A DNA stretch of 63,891 nt, counting the filler, from Platydemus manokwari (Eukaryota): NCBI GenBank assembly GCA_037951405.1. It is 6 parts of 6 records of this genome, joined end to end, with 100 filler letters (N's around TTAATTAATTAA, not from the genome) between each part and the next. Parts side by side here need not be neighbours in the genome. Positions count along the whole stretch, not along the records: positions 1 to 10,431 come from JBBMOY011134217.1; positions 10,532 to 19,589 come from JBBMOY011306095.1; 4 more parts are not named here. One strand, written 5' to 3'. The notes beneath the pieces are model-generated. The model worked only from the letters and a program-made list of their open reading frames with translations. It made no database searches and was not told where the DNA came from. Below are positions 1 through 14,260 of this stretch, in pieces. The translations under genes were made by a program, and so were the position numbers. How positions within the stretch are numbered: position 1 is the first letter of the stretch; every line of letters starts with the position of its first letter.

Positions 1-1159
1 ATGCGTATATATATATATATGTATATGTTTGAACATCATTCTCTAATCGACCATATTTGCTTATCTTGTTTAGATTTGTGGGGTGAATTTTTAAATAATT
101 TGTAAATAATGTGAATGTATCAAACCGCGGAATGATGAATTTTTGATTTCTTTTTGCTACGATAGAATGAAGTAATTTTATTTTTGCTGTAATAGAAATG
201 TGATGAGAAAGTTATTGGGTTTTTTTGTGAAATATTTTATTGATTTGTTCATTTCTGATATTTAAATTATAAATTGCATTTAATACTATAAACCAGTAGC
301 TATCGTTGCTATCCCTAAAGTTAAGTGATCAAAAAATTGTCCTTGGATGAAAATATTTTGAAATGTTTTTATACGATTATGAAGCTCTACAACTGGATTA
401 TTGTATGAGATTCCTAATTTATAACCGAAAACTTTAATATTTAGAATCCATTGTTTAAATTATTGATCATATGATTAACATTAAATTAATCATTAACTAC
501 TGGATTACTGAGGGTGATTAATAATATATTAAAATGGTTATTGGTGTTTTCCGATTCTTAAATGATGTAATCTTAAAAATAATTATATAGTCCAAACGAG
601 TTCTGCTTACCAACTCTAGTACAAATGGGAATTCAAATAATTAAGCATTATTAATTCTAAAATTCTTTAATATAAGTTAATGTACTAATTCCAACAGTTT
701 ATTAAATGAAATTTTAAAATTAAATAATTTTTTAATTTGATGAAATAATAATGTAAAGTTTTTAAAATTTCAGATTAAATAATCAAAATTCTATTCTATT
801 ATTGAGTATCAAAATTATGCATCAATTGAAACAGGTAACAGTTATGCACAAATATATTTTTACAAAATCAAAACAAAAGAATTTTATACGTGATTTTTCA
901 TTGTACACCGAATTTCATTTGGAAAATCTTCACAAAATTGTAATCAAATTTATGAATAAAAGTATTTTGTATTTACATTTTAATATGGCTGATTAGTTTC
1001 CATTTTTATAGTTCCCATAAGTTATTTTAGATTATTAATTTGAGTTATTTTTTCCAAATCCAAAAATCCGGTGGGAAAACTTGAACAAAAATTTCAACTA
1101 AATGTCAGTAAGTAGTCGGCACCAATTAATTCCTCTATATAATGTTTTGTAATACGTCT

Positions 1160-1900
1160 TAGTATTGACTGTCAAAGAGTCAATAATCCTCCTGGTTCTA
1201 GTTAGGAATGTGGATCATTTGCAAGATACCAATGTAAATTAGTCATTAGTAAGATGTAAGAAACAAAGCGAGTTGTACTATATCAAATTTTAAATTACTG
1301 AGACTGTATTGATAGTTAGCACAATGAATTAAAAATATTAACTTCTAAATATGCAAATGTGACTATCACAGTGGATTAATGATGGTAAACAATAAAATCA
1401 GATCAAGAAATTAATTAGAATGAAAACTAATCGCTGATAGTCATAAATATAGGTTAGTCATGTGAAAGGTAATAATTAAATGGATAATATTTTAAAGACA
1501 AATATATAATAAGAATAATGTTTTCATTACAGAGTAAAAAGTCGACTATAGCTAGTGAAACAAAAGATAATTCCAGAATTTGAGAACTGACATGAGTGAC
1601 TTAGGTATAATAAGAGATATGTGAAGCCATACGAATGAGCACGATGAGGAGAATATCTTTTGTTCAACTGTAATAACCTAGTGATATTAGTGCCTTATCT
1701 TTTTCACTTTTCAAAGTTTCAACGATTGTATTACACCAGCAGCACTGTTTATTTAAAGTAGTTTTGGATTAATTAGCTGTCAATTCAGATCAATAAGATT
1801 GTTTCAAGACTGAATAAAAATTTTTCCCATATTTTATTTTTAAGAATCCTACTGAATCAATGATATACCCTAAAAATGTACCAATTTTGGTCGATGTTTT
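1160..1900 (-). mobile_element. Highly degenerate RT/RNase H remnant, possibly a DIRS-like retrotransposon
   Basis: Manual minus-strand translation gives TFLGYIIDSV (~1850-1880, RT C-terminal FLG motif), AAGVIQS (~1725-1745) and HIP...IIDSLT (~1170-1215, resembling RNase H hipG..N..aD.Ls). The order is correct, but the region is broken by stops and frameshifts. Confidence 0.3.
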
Positions 1901-4099
1901 CATTTCATCAAATTCTTATAAAAGCATGTAGCAGCATATTCATAGAAGTCAGTAGAAATTTCTTCTTTGATGCCGTCCTCGAAGAAGTTCTCCTTATCTG
2001 ACTAATTCGAAGAAGTACCAAATTTTGATGACAGTAGTAGGCATCATTTAAGTCGTATTCTCTCAACCTATAAATTGATCTTTAAATCTTACATGGCAGG
2101 AAGATTTTAGCTGAGCTGGTGTAGGAATGATTCTAGATCTGAGATATGAAAGTAAAATAGTAGTTGATTCTTAAGTTTTGTAAAGTGGTCATTTTGTTGG
2201 TAATGCTTAAATAAGTTAGTGATCTGCTCAAATAGCGAGAAGAGCGAGGATAAGAAAATAACCATCACAATAAGCTCATATAGTGAATGAAAAAAGAAAG
2301 CTACAGAAACAGAAACGACAAAACATCAGCCTACATCAGAAAAGCTTGGTTTAACAAATAAGAAATCAGATAACCCAGTAAAGGCCCATATCACATGGGA
2401 ACAGTGATTCACCCTGTAAAAGAGCTGGGCAAAGAAGACAAAGACCAAGAGAATGAAGAATTGAAGCGTAGATTTTGACACCTGAGGTAAGCCACAAATT
2501 CTTATACATATAGTGGCACTTACACTGCTGTGTTTTACAGCATAATATAAACAACCGAAACCCAATAATTTATATGGTTGGAGGAGCAGGGAGGATAATA
2601 CAGACACAATGCACCGATTATTAAGCACTTAAGACCAACATATGAATCCAGGAGGAAAGTGTGCTTGAGCAAAATGTGGAGAAACATTGCATGAACTTAA
2701 TCAGGAGGTGCAAGAACAACACCGATGGATCTGCAACATTTTTCTTTATCCTTACAAATCAATTTCATTATGTTTGGATAATGAAAAGAAATTTGACATT
2801 GACGAACCTCTAAAATTGTTTATACGAACTGATAAACCTAAAAATTCGAAATTAAAAATTCGCGGTCTTATTTGATTACGGTAGCATGTTTTCTTATATT
2901 TCGCATGATTATTTGGTTATTATTATTTGTTAAAAATCTTTAGCAGTCGATCGTAAAATGAAAGAAATTATATATATGCCATATCCTTTACAAAACCAAT
3001 TTAAAAAATAAAATAAACAAAGTCAATTTATCAACGCATGCCCATAAATAGAATTAATTTAATCATACAGAAAGAATAATAATTAAAATTTTGCCACAAA
3101 ACAAAAAAGTCAATGAAGATATTATGCAGAAAGGCCAAATAAAAAATTAAGAACACAAAACTCAGTATAAATACAGGAAAAAATAACGAAGAGAATACAA
3201 TGTTGAGATGAAAGCAACCGAATTGATAGTGACAATTTCTGTGCATATCTTAGAGTCTTAATCCAATTTGATGATAGGTGAATGCAGATATATGGTTAGA
3301 CAACTCCACCAATTTTTGATTTTTTAGAGTCCCGAAACTTGGGTTACGTGTCTAAATTCGAGTTAGAGATCAATATAAATAATTGTAGACGAATAACTTC
3401 TATTGCATAGATATGATGCAAAATTAGATTATTAAATATTCGATAAGATTGTTAACTTTTTATAATTATAATGGATTTTATAGTGAAACGTTGTCGTTCC
3501 CTGAATATGATGAAAAACCAGTTTTGGGAACTATTGCCACCAGCTCTGATTAAAAAGAGGTAAGCGGAGAGATAATTTGGAAGGAAGTCAAATGTTTTTA
3601 AAGAACTTTGACTCTGTTAATCTGTTAATAATTCCTTTTCGGACAATATCAATGTATTAAAACAATTAAATAAAAAATTACTCATGACTTGAATTACTTG
3701 AATGTGTCTCTTCTGAACTTGCTGTTTTATGTACTATATTTTATGTTTATATTTACTTCTCATTGGCTGTGTACTTATTTTCTTCTCAGACCCAGTTGTC
3801 GTAACGACTAGGCAAGTTGGTATAGCAGCTCATGAATTGTCATGACTATTGCATTTATATGTTCATTGTTTATTATTTATCATTTGTTATATTATTTCTG
3901 ATTTGTTTTATTAGCACAAATTCGAATTTTTACTAGAAATTTATTATACGTCTAAATTTGGTGCAGTAAATTTGTGAGTTTTCTGTACTGAGCTATTGAC
4001 TTTCACAGTTTCCTATTTTATTATAAGACTGTCACAATATCAGAGAGTTATAAATATGGAATTATCTGAATAATTGTCATATTGTAGACATTGATTTGA

Positions 4100-5640
4100 C
4101 GCTACGATAGTTGTCGTGTATCCATTTGAGTGAGACCCACCACGTCTTCGTTCTCCTCTCAGGTCAGCTACAAATTTGTTGCTGTTTCTGCTTGTCTTCT
4201 GTGATGGTGACGTTGAGTTTAAGTATATCTATATTCAAGGAACATGACTTCCTTTGTTATTTTGTCAATGTATAGGACATAGGTGGTGTTCCAGTCGTGG
4301 CTCTTTTCTCTTATGATCTTGGCGATCTTTCTTGGAACCATTGTCCTCTTTAGGCATGGTTTGTTCTTTTTTGGGATTCAAGGTAGTGCTCATACACATT
4401 TTGATGCTTTGGTTTCGTAATTATCTATGTCCATGTCGACTTCCTTGGAATAGCATTTTGGCTTTGACTGATTTACGGAACCTATTATGATCGGTTCGTG
4501 TAATTTTGCTTTCTTTATATATTTGTTCGTTGATGACTTAGGTACTTCCATGGTCTCACAAGTTCCCTTTCAATATACTTAATTTTTGGTAGGATTTCCA
4601 GATTTAAGGTTGCCGATGCTTTGTCTTGCTCTTTTGCTTGTTGCTCTATGGCTTTAGTTGTCTTCTCCTCATCGATAATAAGACCATGCATTTCTTCATC
4701 GTCAACTTTCAAGTTCATAGCGGTACTTTCCATAGATGCGCTTTTCATCTATAAATAGAAGAGAGACCCATCCTTCCTTGTCTATTTGTTGACTTTTCTG
4801 TAGTTGATACACGTGCGCATGGTTCCCTCTTTTTTCTTGACCATCACTGTAGGTGATATCCAGGGTGAATTACTGAGTCTTAGGCGTCATTGTTTCAATA
4901 ATTCGTTGATTTGCCGATAAATTTCAGGTTCCATGACTACTGATGATCTCTTAAACTCTCTGACAGATTGGCTGTATTTTGATTAGTTCTATTCGATGTT
5001 CTATTAAGTTACAATGCCCGAGATTGTGTTCGAGCTTGGAGGAAACGTCTGTGTATGTTGTTTCTTGATATCAGGACGTTTTGTTTCGAACGGCCCATAG
5101 ACTTTTTTAGCCCTTGATATTTCACAAACGTTACTGTCAGCATATATGGGTACGGGTTTCTGAGTTGTATTTGCGATCCTGATTGGGATCTTTTCATTGT
5201 TAATTGTAGGTGTGCACGCACTGATGTGCACGTTATTTAGTTCAAATTTTTGCCTATTCCTTATCGGGTATTGGTTTGAACGAAATATACTATTTCGACA
5301 TGTGGGAGAATGACTATCTCGTCCGCTATATATAAATTAATGTTCCTGTGGTTGTTTCATATACCAGATTATTTAGTTGTGATATGACATCTTTCCAAAT
5401 GAGGCAATGGAATGAGTAATAATCTGATACTCTTGCCACTACGTGTATTGTATGTCCGGCTATTGGAGCACTCCTTATAAATCCAGGATATCCACGTTAA
5501 CTCCTTTTATTCTGATTTGCGTCTCGTTAATGCTTTTTATTTCCTGATAAGCCAAGATTCTTGAATGAATGATAGTCGAGTTCTCGCCTATGTCAGTTAA
5601 GACCATGACACTGACGGTTTAATTTTATTTGCATAAATTT
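4100..5640 (-). mobile_element. Ty3/Gypsy LTR retrotransposon pol remnant (protease and RT N-terminus)
   Basis: [30 protein letters not shown] at ~4787-4877 matches Gypsy RT SPWxSPxVxVxKKDGxxRxCxDYRxLN. VMVLTDIGENSTII at ~5570-5612 is a degenerate aspartic protease motif. ORF 5004-5231 (IPIRIANTT) resembles the post-protease linker. Many stops; boundaries approximate. Confidence 0.75.
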
Positions 5641-5759
5641 GGAGTCTTGGTTATTTTGTTTCATCATATAGTTATATTTCGTTAGTTCAATTTGGAGTTA
5701 CATGTCAGAGTTACATGCTGTCAGTATTGTAATGAATTTGTAAAGATTTATTACAAAAC

Positions 5760-6950
5760 AAAGATATTTTTTTCTTAACTGGTAGTCAATGGGAAACCAT
5801 TATTCGTTGCACAATTCATTTTGTTTACGTTAAATCCAAATCGCACTGAAATTCATTAGTTCGCTGTAAACCCACGTCTTCTGACAACTCACTCCGTGCG
5901 GGATCTATTAGGAAAGATTTTTGTTTACCAACATTGGCAATGAAGACAATGATCGTTATTCCAATCTATCAGCCAAATTACTATAGGTGAAGTTCCTTTA
6001 TCACGAAACGGGAAATAATCATAGAATAAATCCGACTTAGAGCGGGCAAAAGCTATAGCAGGAAGAGGTGGAATGAAAGTTATCCCTTTCCTACCAGACT
6101 ATCAAAGGCGAATATAACCGGCCCACTTAGTCATTATGAAGTAAGAAATGTTTTCCCATAACTGTAATGACATCAATATTTTGTCATTTACAGTCAAAGA
6201 TTCACAAGATTCTACCTGAGTAGTAGCATTATGTGAATTATAAAGCGACCTAAAATTAAGAATATTTCCTACGAAACCACAGTGACAAGTTATTCCAACA
6301 CAGTTAATATCCATCACAATATGAATTGTAGCAAAATGTTTTCGTACCTCTGTAACATTGTTACTACAGGGTATGACAAAAGATTTCTTTCTGTTTTGAC
6401 ACATTCAACACCAAACTTTTGAGTTAGAGCAGGCTGTGTAAATATTCATTACTGGGGTCTCAGTAACAGTAGAGAGATCAGTTATTTCTATATCAGAAAC
6501 TTGAACAGAGTTACCAGCACCACCAAAAGGTTTAAAAACATATAATTTTAGGCCATGGGAATCAATAATTGAGGGTGGTAAGATGAAAGAGTCATTATCA
6601 CTTTCCAAAACAATTTGTACACCTGCAGGAATGTTCATGACCATAGAGTCGAGATTAGAAAAGTAATGCTATCAATGTCGCCCAAGTCCGATAACGGAAT
6701 GTAACATTTCCAATGTTGTGTTATGCACTCATAAATCATACTATCTAGTAAGCAATCAAGGAGCATGTCACAAAATTTATTAATTGAACTTTATTACATT
6801 TCCTTATTACCAACATAAGGTACAATAGCAGAGCAATTATTATCACTTATGAAAACAGAATCAACCATAGTGTTAAACATTGTGTCCAACAAAATATCAA
6901 TTACCTCACCTATATCTTCGGAATTTACTTGTACCTATATCTTTTGTTTG
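5760..6950 (-). mobile_element. Decayed ORF with Ulp1/C48-like protease motif, probably the N-terminal part of a NeSL-like non-LTR element inserted in the Gypsy remnant
   Basis: ORFs 6405-6644 and 6102-6404 continue after stops into GITFIPPL...PIVIWLIDWNNDH[frameshift]VFIANVGKQKSFLIDP (~5900-6090), resembling the Ulp1 pattern N.HW.L.v....a.l.Dp. Confidence 0.35.
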
Positions 6951-6959
6951 TTAAAATCG

Positions 6960-8400
6960 TTCTGCTAACTTGGTTTACTCCTTGAGTTTACTTTCGCATC
7001 CGTTGCACTGGCTTTAATTAGTGGTGTGTTTCCCGTTTTGGGTAAACTTATAACATTTTATGGTCTTATTGTGGCGTAATCAGTAGTTACTGGTTCTATA
7101 TTTTGCTGATTCTGGAGCCTAAATTGACCTGTGGTTGGCTCTAATTAATGAGCGTCTTACGATGGTTTAGTGTGTGATGGCACAAGATAATGTGATTCAC
7201 ATGAAATATCAAAATGCATTAGTGTTCCAAAGTTGTCTATGTGTGGATTCCACCTTTAATTAATGGTGTCACAGATAGAAAGTATTGTACCTTGCTATTA
7301 AGTGTTGAGGGTGCCATTTATCCTCGTTAATTGTTTGTTTTATTTAACGGTTTATCGTACATGTCATTAGCGATCCATATTATATCATGCATGGTGGTGA
7401 TGATTCACAGCAATTTTCGTGTCTCTGAGTTTTTAGTGATAATAGATAGTCAAGTATATTTTCGCTTTTTATATAGAATATAATTAGCACACATGAGGAG
7501 GAATCCATGTAACAGTTTCCTTGAACATCCAAAGATTGAAACGATTTCGTAAATCATCATTATTCGATGAACGAAGGACTGACTTATTAATGATGATTAT
7601 AACAATAATCCCAGAGCATTCTGAAAATCTCCTCCAAGTGCGCTCTGCAACGTTTTTAGCGTCTAATGTAAAATGGTCGCATCTAATAGATTGTCATAGT
7701 TTGGTCGGATATTTCTGTTTGCGTACACTGTGCGTATGAAATTTTGATATGCTCTTGTTTCTAATTTCAGTAAATACCAATATTCTACGGGCTTCCTCTA
7801 TGCCTTTTGGAGTGTAAATTCCCTTTTTATGGCTCCATGCTGTACAGTAATATTGAAGTACTGTTTTGAAAGGCAGAATTTGCTGATTCTTGTGCGATAA
7901 AACTCTATTTCCTGGTAGATGAAATATTTTTCTTAGGGTCCTGCAATGACGTTCATTAAGGTCCATTGTTGATTAAGTTTTCGAGAGATTTGGAATTTGA
8001 TAGTCATATGCCGAAGTAAACCGGAGTTTCCGATTAGTCCGAATACGAGTAAAAGATTGAGGATTCGTTAATGAATTATGTGTTTTTCCAAAATAAGTTC
8101 ATCAACCTTTATTTTCTGTAAATGGTTACAAGTATTGGTCAGCAATCCTTGTCATGTAATTCATCTCTACTTGGAACTTATTCATGTTTGCTCGTGATGC
8201 CAATATTACTCTTTTGACTATTCAGGTTAGGGCTAACTTGGAATGAGTTTCCGTGATGCTATGTTCTAGTAATTCTTGTAACAACTCTTTTCTTCTGTGG
8301 CAACATCGGAAATGTTCAGTTGACACCCATCAATGCCAATTTTTAAATGTGCCGTTGTGGGTTTCGACCTGATTCTCTTTGCTTTTTATGTGTTCCCTAT
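6960..8400 (-). mobile_element. Probable gag region of the same Gypsy element
   Basis: Degenerate zinc-knuckle-like KTIKCYKFTQNGKHTTN at ~7018-7068. Same strand as, and upstream of, the protease/RT remnant; fragmented ORFs. Confidence 0.35.
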
Positions 8401-9599
8401 CGGCACTGGTTGGTGAACATTATAATATTAATGTCTGATCGGGTAGGAATCTGAATTCGATAAAGTATGTTGGGATTTTCCAAGACAATTAGTACGATTG
8501 GTTCTCTGAGAAACAGCTACTTTTTTTACTATTTGTGGTATAAAAATTGCCTACTAAAAATCAATTTATCATATAATTTACTTACTTCCCATTCTTCATC
8601 TAACTTAGGAATCACTTAAGTAAAAGGAATAACTTAAATAAAATCATATTCAACTACAAAATATCACCAACAATTATCTTAGCATTCTCATCCAGACGAA
8701 TAAATTGCTGATTCGTCGATAACAGGTTGAACTTCTCCTAATCTTCACCCTGAGCACTGCACAAGGGACAGCTCCGCAGTTGAACCAAATACCACTTTAA
8801 TTAAACAATAATTAATCAACCTTATGTATCATCCAGCTGTATCATCTAGTTAAGAAGTTTGATTTCCATAATTGAGGAAAATCTCCCGACAATCCTGTTA
8901 AAAAGCAAAGAATCAATTACTTGTCTTAAACAATATATTTACCATTATCTAAGTCAAATCAAAAGGTAAAATAATTTTTTATATAGATAATATTGATTAT
9001 CGATTTTTTCTAATATTACAGTCTTAAAGTGGTTTTACATAAAATCGAGGGTACTATGTTTTACATAATTAATCTTACTGTTACGATTATTTCATTTCTA
9101 TAGCTCAATAATAAATAATTTGCGAACCGATATACATCATTCAATTGAACAGCATAAATAAATCATTTTTACGAGTATATGGGGATACAAAATTCTAATA
9201 ATTTAGATAGTTGTGAAAATTTTAACTTTAAAGATTGCTAAAAAAGATTTTCTATGAGATAAATTTATCTAATTAATCTCAGAATCAAGTCAGCGAAAAC
9301 CAATGGAATTTCCTGAATGATTTCAAGCTATCAAGCTAGTTCAGATAAATATGTTAGTAGAATAAAAGTGTTATGGGCTTTTGTTTGAAAACTTTTTCAA
9401 TCTAAATGAATTAGAACATGTTGAAGTGCACAGGGTTGATACCAATACATTGAGAATAATTATTTTAAAATACGTTATTGCATAAAATTTACAATTGATT
9501 TTCTATTCGGAATTTTTGGTTCAAAATAAGTAAATCACACAAAGAAAAGTATCGACTGATCGTACCAAAGCTCTTATGATGTAAAAAAAATTTCTTTTA

Positions 9600-9900
9600 T
9601 TCGCCTTTAAAATTCTTCCAACTATTTCATTCAACCAATCCCAAAGGCAAAAGTCAAATTGAGACTAATGTGCGTTAGTGATCCATCAACTTCTCAGGAA
9701 ATTATTCATTCCGCCATTCACTGACGATTAAAATAAAAGACGAGGATGTGTAAAAATCATGTCTTCAATATTCTTCAAAGTACTGAAAACTGGCAGTATA
9801 TTGAGATAAGTTTTGGTCTTCATTTTATCCGGAAAGATGGTTTTAGCATTTACCCAAGTATGTTTCATTTCGATGATAATCTCCCATCCTTAAGCTTAAA
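9600..9900 (-). mobile_element. Tc1/mariner-superfamily transposase remnant
   Basis: Ordered motifs TYLNILP, EWRNE*FPEK and FDFCLWDWLNEIV (~9614-9812) match the consensus YL.mL ... WL...FP.rW ... DF.LWG.LK..V. The SPDL segment appears deleted. Confidence 0.5.
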
Positions 9901-10431
9901 TAACCGATCCACAAACTTTGTAAAGTTAGAATTAAAATTAGACACCAATATATCTTCATAGGAATTCGATATTTCAAATAAAATAATCGATCTGAAATGA
10001 AAAAGATTTCAAAGATTTAATTGTCATAGCTTAAATACCATACATTAACTAGCACACACTAAATAATCCAGTAAATGATACCAATCGATTATAAGATTTT
10101 CATAATGGGAAATTATTTATAGATTTCTTTATTTAGAATCTCTAATATTTTTGAATTTTGCATTATAATTTGGTTTAAGATTTTGAATCTTCCAATGTCT
10201 GTGATCTCTGAATTCCAAATTTAAACTTATATTCAGATCAATTTAACAGAAAACATGTCCTTAATGAGTAGTGAGAAAATAATGACTTATCGATTAATTT
10301 GTAATAGGTACTTTAATCAAGTGAACAGTTGGATTAATCCTATTTTTAATCAGGACAAATGAGCCCTTGATTATGAAAGTGGTATAAGTCATTTCAACCT
10401 TTCAAAACCAAATTTCCATTTAAAAATGGTA

Positions 10432-10531
10432 NNNNNNNNNNNNNNNNNNNNNNNNNNNNNNNNNNNNNNNNNNNNTTAATTAATTAANNNNNNNNNNNNN
10501 NNNNNNNNNNNNNNNNNNNNNNNNNNNNNNN
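10432..10531. other. Artificial contig spacer (44N-TTAATTAATTAA-44N)
   Basis: Exact 100-bp pattern repeated five times in the window; the linker has stops in all six frames. Confidence 0.97.
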
Positions 10532-12334
10532 TAAACAAATCGTTTTTGTAATTTTTTAAAAATTATATTTAGGAAATTTTAGATTAAATTTTTTGAACGT
10601 GACATCTACAAATTCAATCGCTTTGTTAAACAAGAAAATAAAATAGTTAAGTCGATTAGACAATAATAGTTATTTGAAAATTTTTATCTATATTAAACCT
10701 AATGAAAATCCTTAAGTCTATTGTCCTGACTAGACTGTTAGACAATTACAGAACTTCTAGAAGCCTCAAATTTCTTTAATTTTTTCCAGCTTTAATTTTA
10801 TGTATTCTAGAATAATCTATTATAAATTATCCGTTGATATATTATAACAAAACAATCGCCCAAATATTTTTCTAAATTAGTTTTTAATTGTCATGATTTA
10901 TCATTTAATTAATGTTAATAAAAGTTTCTTCGGACCTAATGCGTGTTTAAACATATTTTAAGGTCAAATTTAATAGTTTCGACAAAATTACGATCAATAT
11001 TTATCAGTATAAAATTTTAATGTAAAAGTATGTAATTCTATAGCCTATAAATATTTTATTAGCTCAGTTTTCTCCATGACGATATGAATTTTGCTATCTG
11101 GACAGATGCACTCTACCATGATCTCGCATAAAACATTATCATAAGTTGCAGAAGATATACTGTTTCTCAAATACACTCTATAAACAGCACAAATAAAAAT
11201 ACCTATACGGTATCCATTTTACGTATGAGCAAGCCGTCATTTTGTGTGTTACTGATTGTTAAACAAATTGCGAGTTTGTTTATTGAGACCTATATAACCT
11301 ATATGATTCCATAATGGAAGTAGAAGTAAGAAGGGAAGTCAACTCATTTGAACTCTTACTATCTAACCCTATTCGTCTAAAGACACCATCGTTCCGTGAA
11401 TCCAATCTAAACAATCTAGTTTTAACACATGTACACTCACTGAAGTTCTGCATTTCCTAGCTATTTGAACTGCCAGGTCTTCATACTGTAGGTAGTTGTT
11501 ATCCAAGATTTTCATAAACTTTTCTTTCTTATCAATGTTGGGGATCTGGGCCAACAGTTCAAAGAAAGTGACAATAAAAACAATTTAACAATATTTTGTA
11601 GTGAATAGTATCGTTTTATTCGTAGTAAAACAATTTTTATAAATGTATTAACCTATAGCAAATGTATTAACCTATAGTAACCTATAGCAAATAATTTTAT
11701 AAATGTATAATGTAGTCCTTTAATGAATATGAGTGTAAAGTGTAATTTTTAATAGTAGTAATTGAATAATTTTTAATTGACAATGTAGTCAAATAATCAT
11801 TATGAATGTGACCTTTTTTGGTTCACGGTTGAAGGGTAAAATATTTTTACATTAAAGTAACAATGTATTTTTAGAAACATCGACTGAATTTCGATGCTAT
11901 GTGTTTTGTATTTCGATACATTTCTAAATGTACCAATCTTTATATTAAAATAAATATTAAAGTTGATTAAATCCGATACATTGATAATTATAATAATAAA
12001 ATATTAACAATTTATATTTAATTAGCAATATATCTAAATCACTTGGTATTGGCATTAAAAATGAAATAATAAAATAATTTTAAAGAGAAATAGGAAAATA
12101 TTTAAATATTCTTAATAGCAACATTCCGATATTTTTAATAATAAAATGCTATAGTTAAGGGAAAAATGATTTACAACATACGGGAAACTCATGAAGAATA
12201 AAATATAATATAACAAGATAAACCATTTAAGCGTACCGAATAAAATTTCATATAAATAGGAGTTCGAAACATCAGGACTCGCCCATTAAAAATTTTGAAA
12301 TCACCAGATTACTTAGTGTCCAAGTCCACTATTA

Positions 12335-12439
12335 CGGAGGTGGCCAACTTTTGTGTAAGTAAGATCGACTTTTCATTTGAATAACATCTCACGTGATAGA
12401 CTAAAATTGGCTTCAAGATCGACCGGTTGGCCACCCCTG
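12335..12439. mobile_element. 105-bp hAT-family MITE with intact 8-bp target-site duplication
   Basis: TIRs CGGAGGTGGCCAAC / GTTGGCCACCCCTG. Perfect direct repeat CACTATTA at 12327-12334 and 12440-12447. An 8-bp TSD with CAGGGGT-type termini is characteristic of hAT. Confidence 0.9.
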
Positions 12440-12479
12440 CACTATTAGACTGAATCACTCGAAGTCAGTTAGAAGTATT

Positions 12480-12770
12480 GCTCGTCGACAGTACATGCCA
12501 TTTACCATTACCAAGCAGTAAGTTAGTTCATTTGTAAACAACTGATTTATATTTATCGTACGTATCGTTTATCGCCCGACTATAGAGCTGTGCTCGCAAA
12601 CATCTTTAGTAAACGGTTTTAACCCAAGAGAAGGAAGTATAAACCGCTATCATCTGGAATTGTAAGCTTAGCCGTTGAACCAACATTTTTATTTGGTGTA
12701 TAATGTATTGTAAACTGTAATTTACTGTTATATATTTAATAAACGTTTTAGTGTAGAAGGAGTTACGTTA
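12480..12770 (+). repeat. Possible solo LTR
   Basis: GC-richer island with TATAAA (~12638) followed by AATAAA (~12738) and an LTR-like end GTAGAAGGAGTTACG. No clear TSD. Confidence 0.2.
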
Positions 12771-13039
12771 ATGATCGAAAATTTGAGGCATAAATAGTTA
12801 TAAAATAATTGAGACTGATAGGAATCAATTACCCACAAGATCAATATTGCCAATCAATTTTATCATCATATAGTTTTGATTGCGTGGTAAAAATTGTTAT
12901 AGAAATAAGGTTTAGTAGATTGTTGGGCTTGATTAGGACTCATTGAGACTGATCAAGACAACAGTGATCCGTGAGCAAAATCATTTAAATTTGTGAGACT
13001 GATTAAAACAAACAAAATAAAACTAACAAGCCCAAAAAC

Positions 13040-14260
13040 ACATCATCAAGTGAAACCTTAAGATCTACAAGGAAGTTATGTTTTCCATGTCTTTACCACT
13101 AGAAGTTCGGATTATTAAGTCAGGACATAAATAAGTCTTCCCATCAGTTGACGAGCAATCGATGTCAATATTGCCAAAATTTTAAGCAGTATCTTACGTT
13201 TAGAGGTAGTCCCATAAGGGTTACCAATGTAATGGTAGAATACGTGGACCATTGCAATAACATCTCGACGGCAATTCAAATATTTAACCTGCATTACACG
13301 GGAAGGTCGGTAATTCAGTAGTAAAAGGTTATTTCTATCAAAGACCAGGAAGTGCCAAACCTGTGGTAACAACACAATAGACTTCAAGACTCCCATTGAA
13401 ACCTTAGATAGTGCAACAGTTTTAACTAACAAATTCTGTCACTTTTTCTCAGTCCGAGCGATAAAACTCAAAAACCAAACCCACCATGAAGAATAGAACA
13501 CAATTTATCCTTCTCTTTGCTGCCCATCATATACTGTGAATCTCTACAGATAATCTTAACAAAGATACATCCCTCAATCAAGACGAATTTACAATCCATA
13601 CCAGACTATCAACCATGCTCATCATCAATTGTGTTGTTTATCCAATGAAGAGCCTTACGGAATTGGTCAACCTCAGAACGATTGAAATGTTTGTTCACTA
13701 CTAGGGCCAACTTCTTTTGTATAAAAGAGACAATGACAGAGTCAGAGCTGTTGGACAACCGAACATCACCTACTATACTTTAAATAAAGTAGTCAATCTA
13801 TGTTGATATAAAGCCAAGACCAACAAACATCCTACAGTTATGCAAAAAGTCATTATTGGCTGATGGAAAAAGCTAACTCCTATTACTTTCTTAACTAATT
13901 GTCTGATTTTATCATCGAACCCACTCATTTGATTCTTGTGTGAAGAGGAAAGAGATAGAATACTGACTTTTCTGTTTCGAAGTTAAATGGGAGTCCAGGG
14001 TATGGAAAAACTCTAAATGCATTTAGACTTTATCCGTGTTACAAATCACCTCGATTTAAAATGTCTTCAATATCTTTCCTATTTGGGAACCAAACGGAAC
14101 TTCAATATACTTGTATTGGTGATTTTTATCCACTACTGGAACGGCAATATCGTATATTCTGGGAATCGTTCTTTTCACCGAATCCCTACAGAAATATTCA
14201 CTTTATTCGGAATAAAGGCAAGATAAACCTTACCAGTCAAATACACAATTCTTCCTAACC
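13040..14260 (-). mobile_element. RLE-type (NeSL/R4-like) non-LTR retrotransposon 3' remnant
   Basis: Degenerate CCHC knuckle (NCRRDVIAMVHVF), then LCPDLIIR...VDLKV, a PD-(D/E)xK restriction-like endonuclease motif, at ~13050-13135. Segment 13660-14055 is clearly similar in nucleotide sequence to 43375-43780. Confidence 0.7.
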
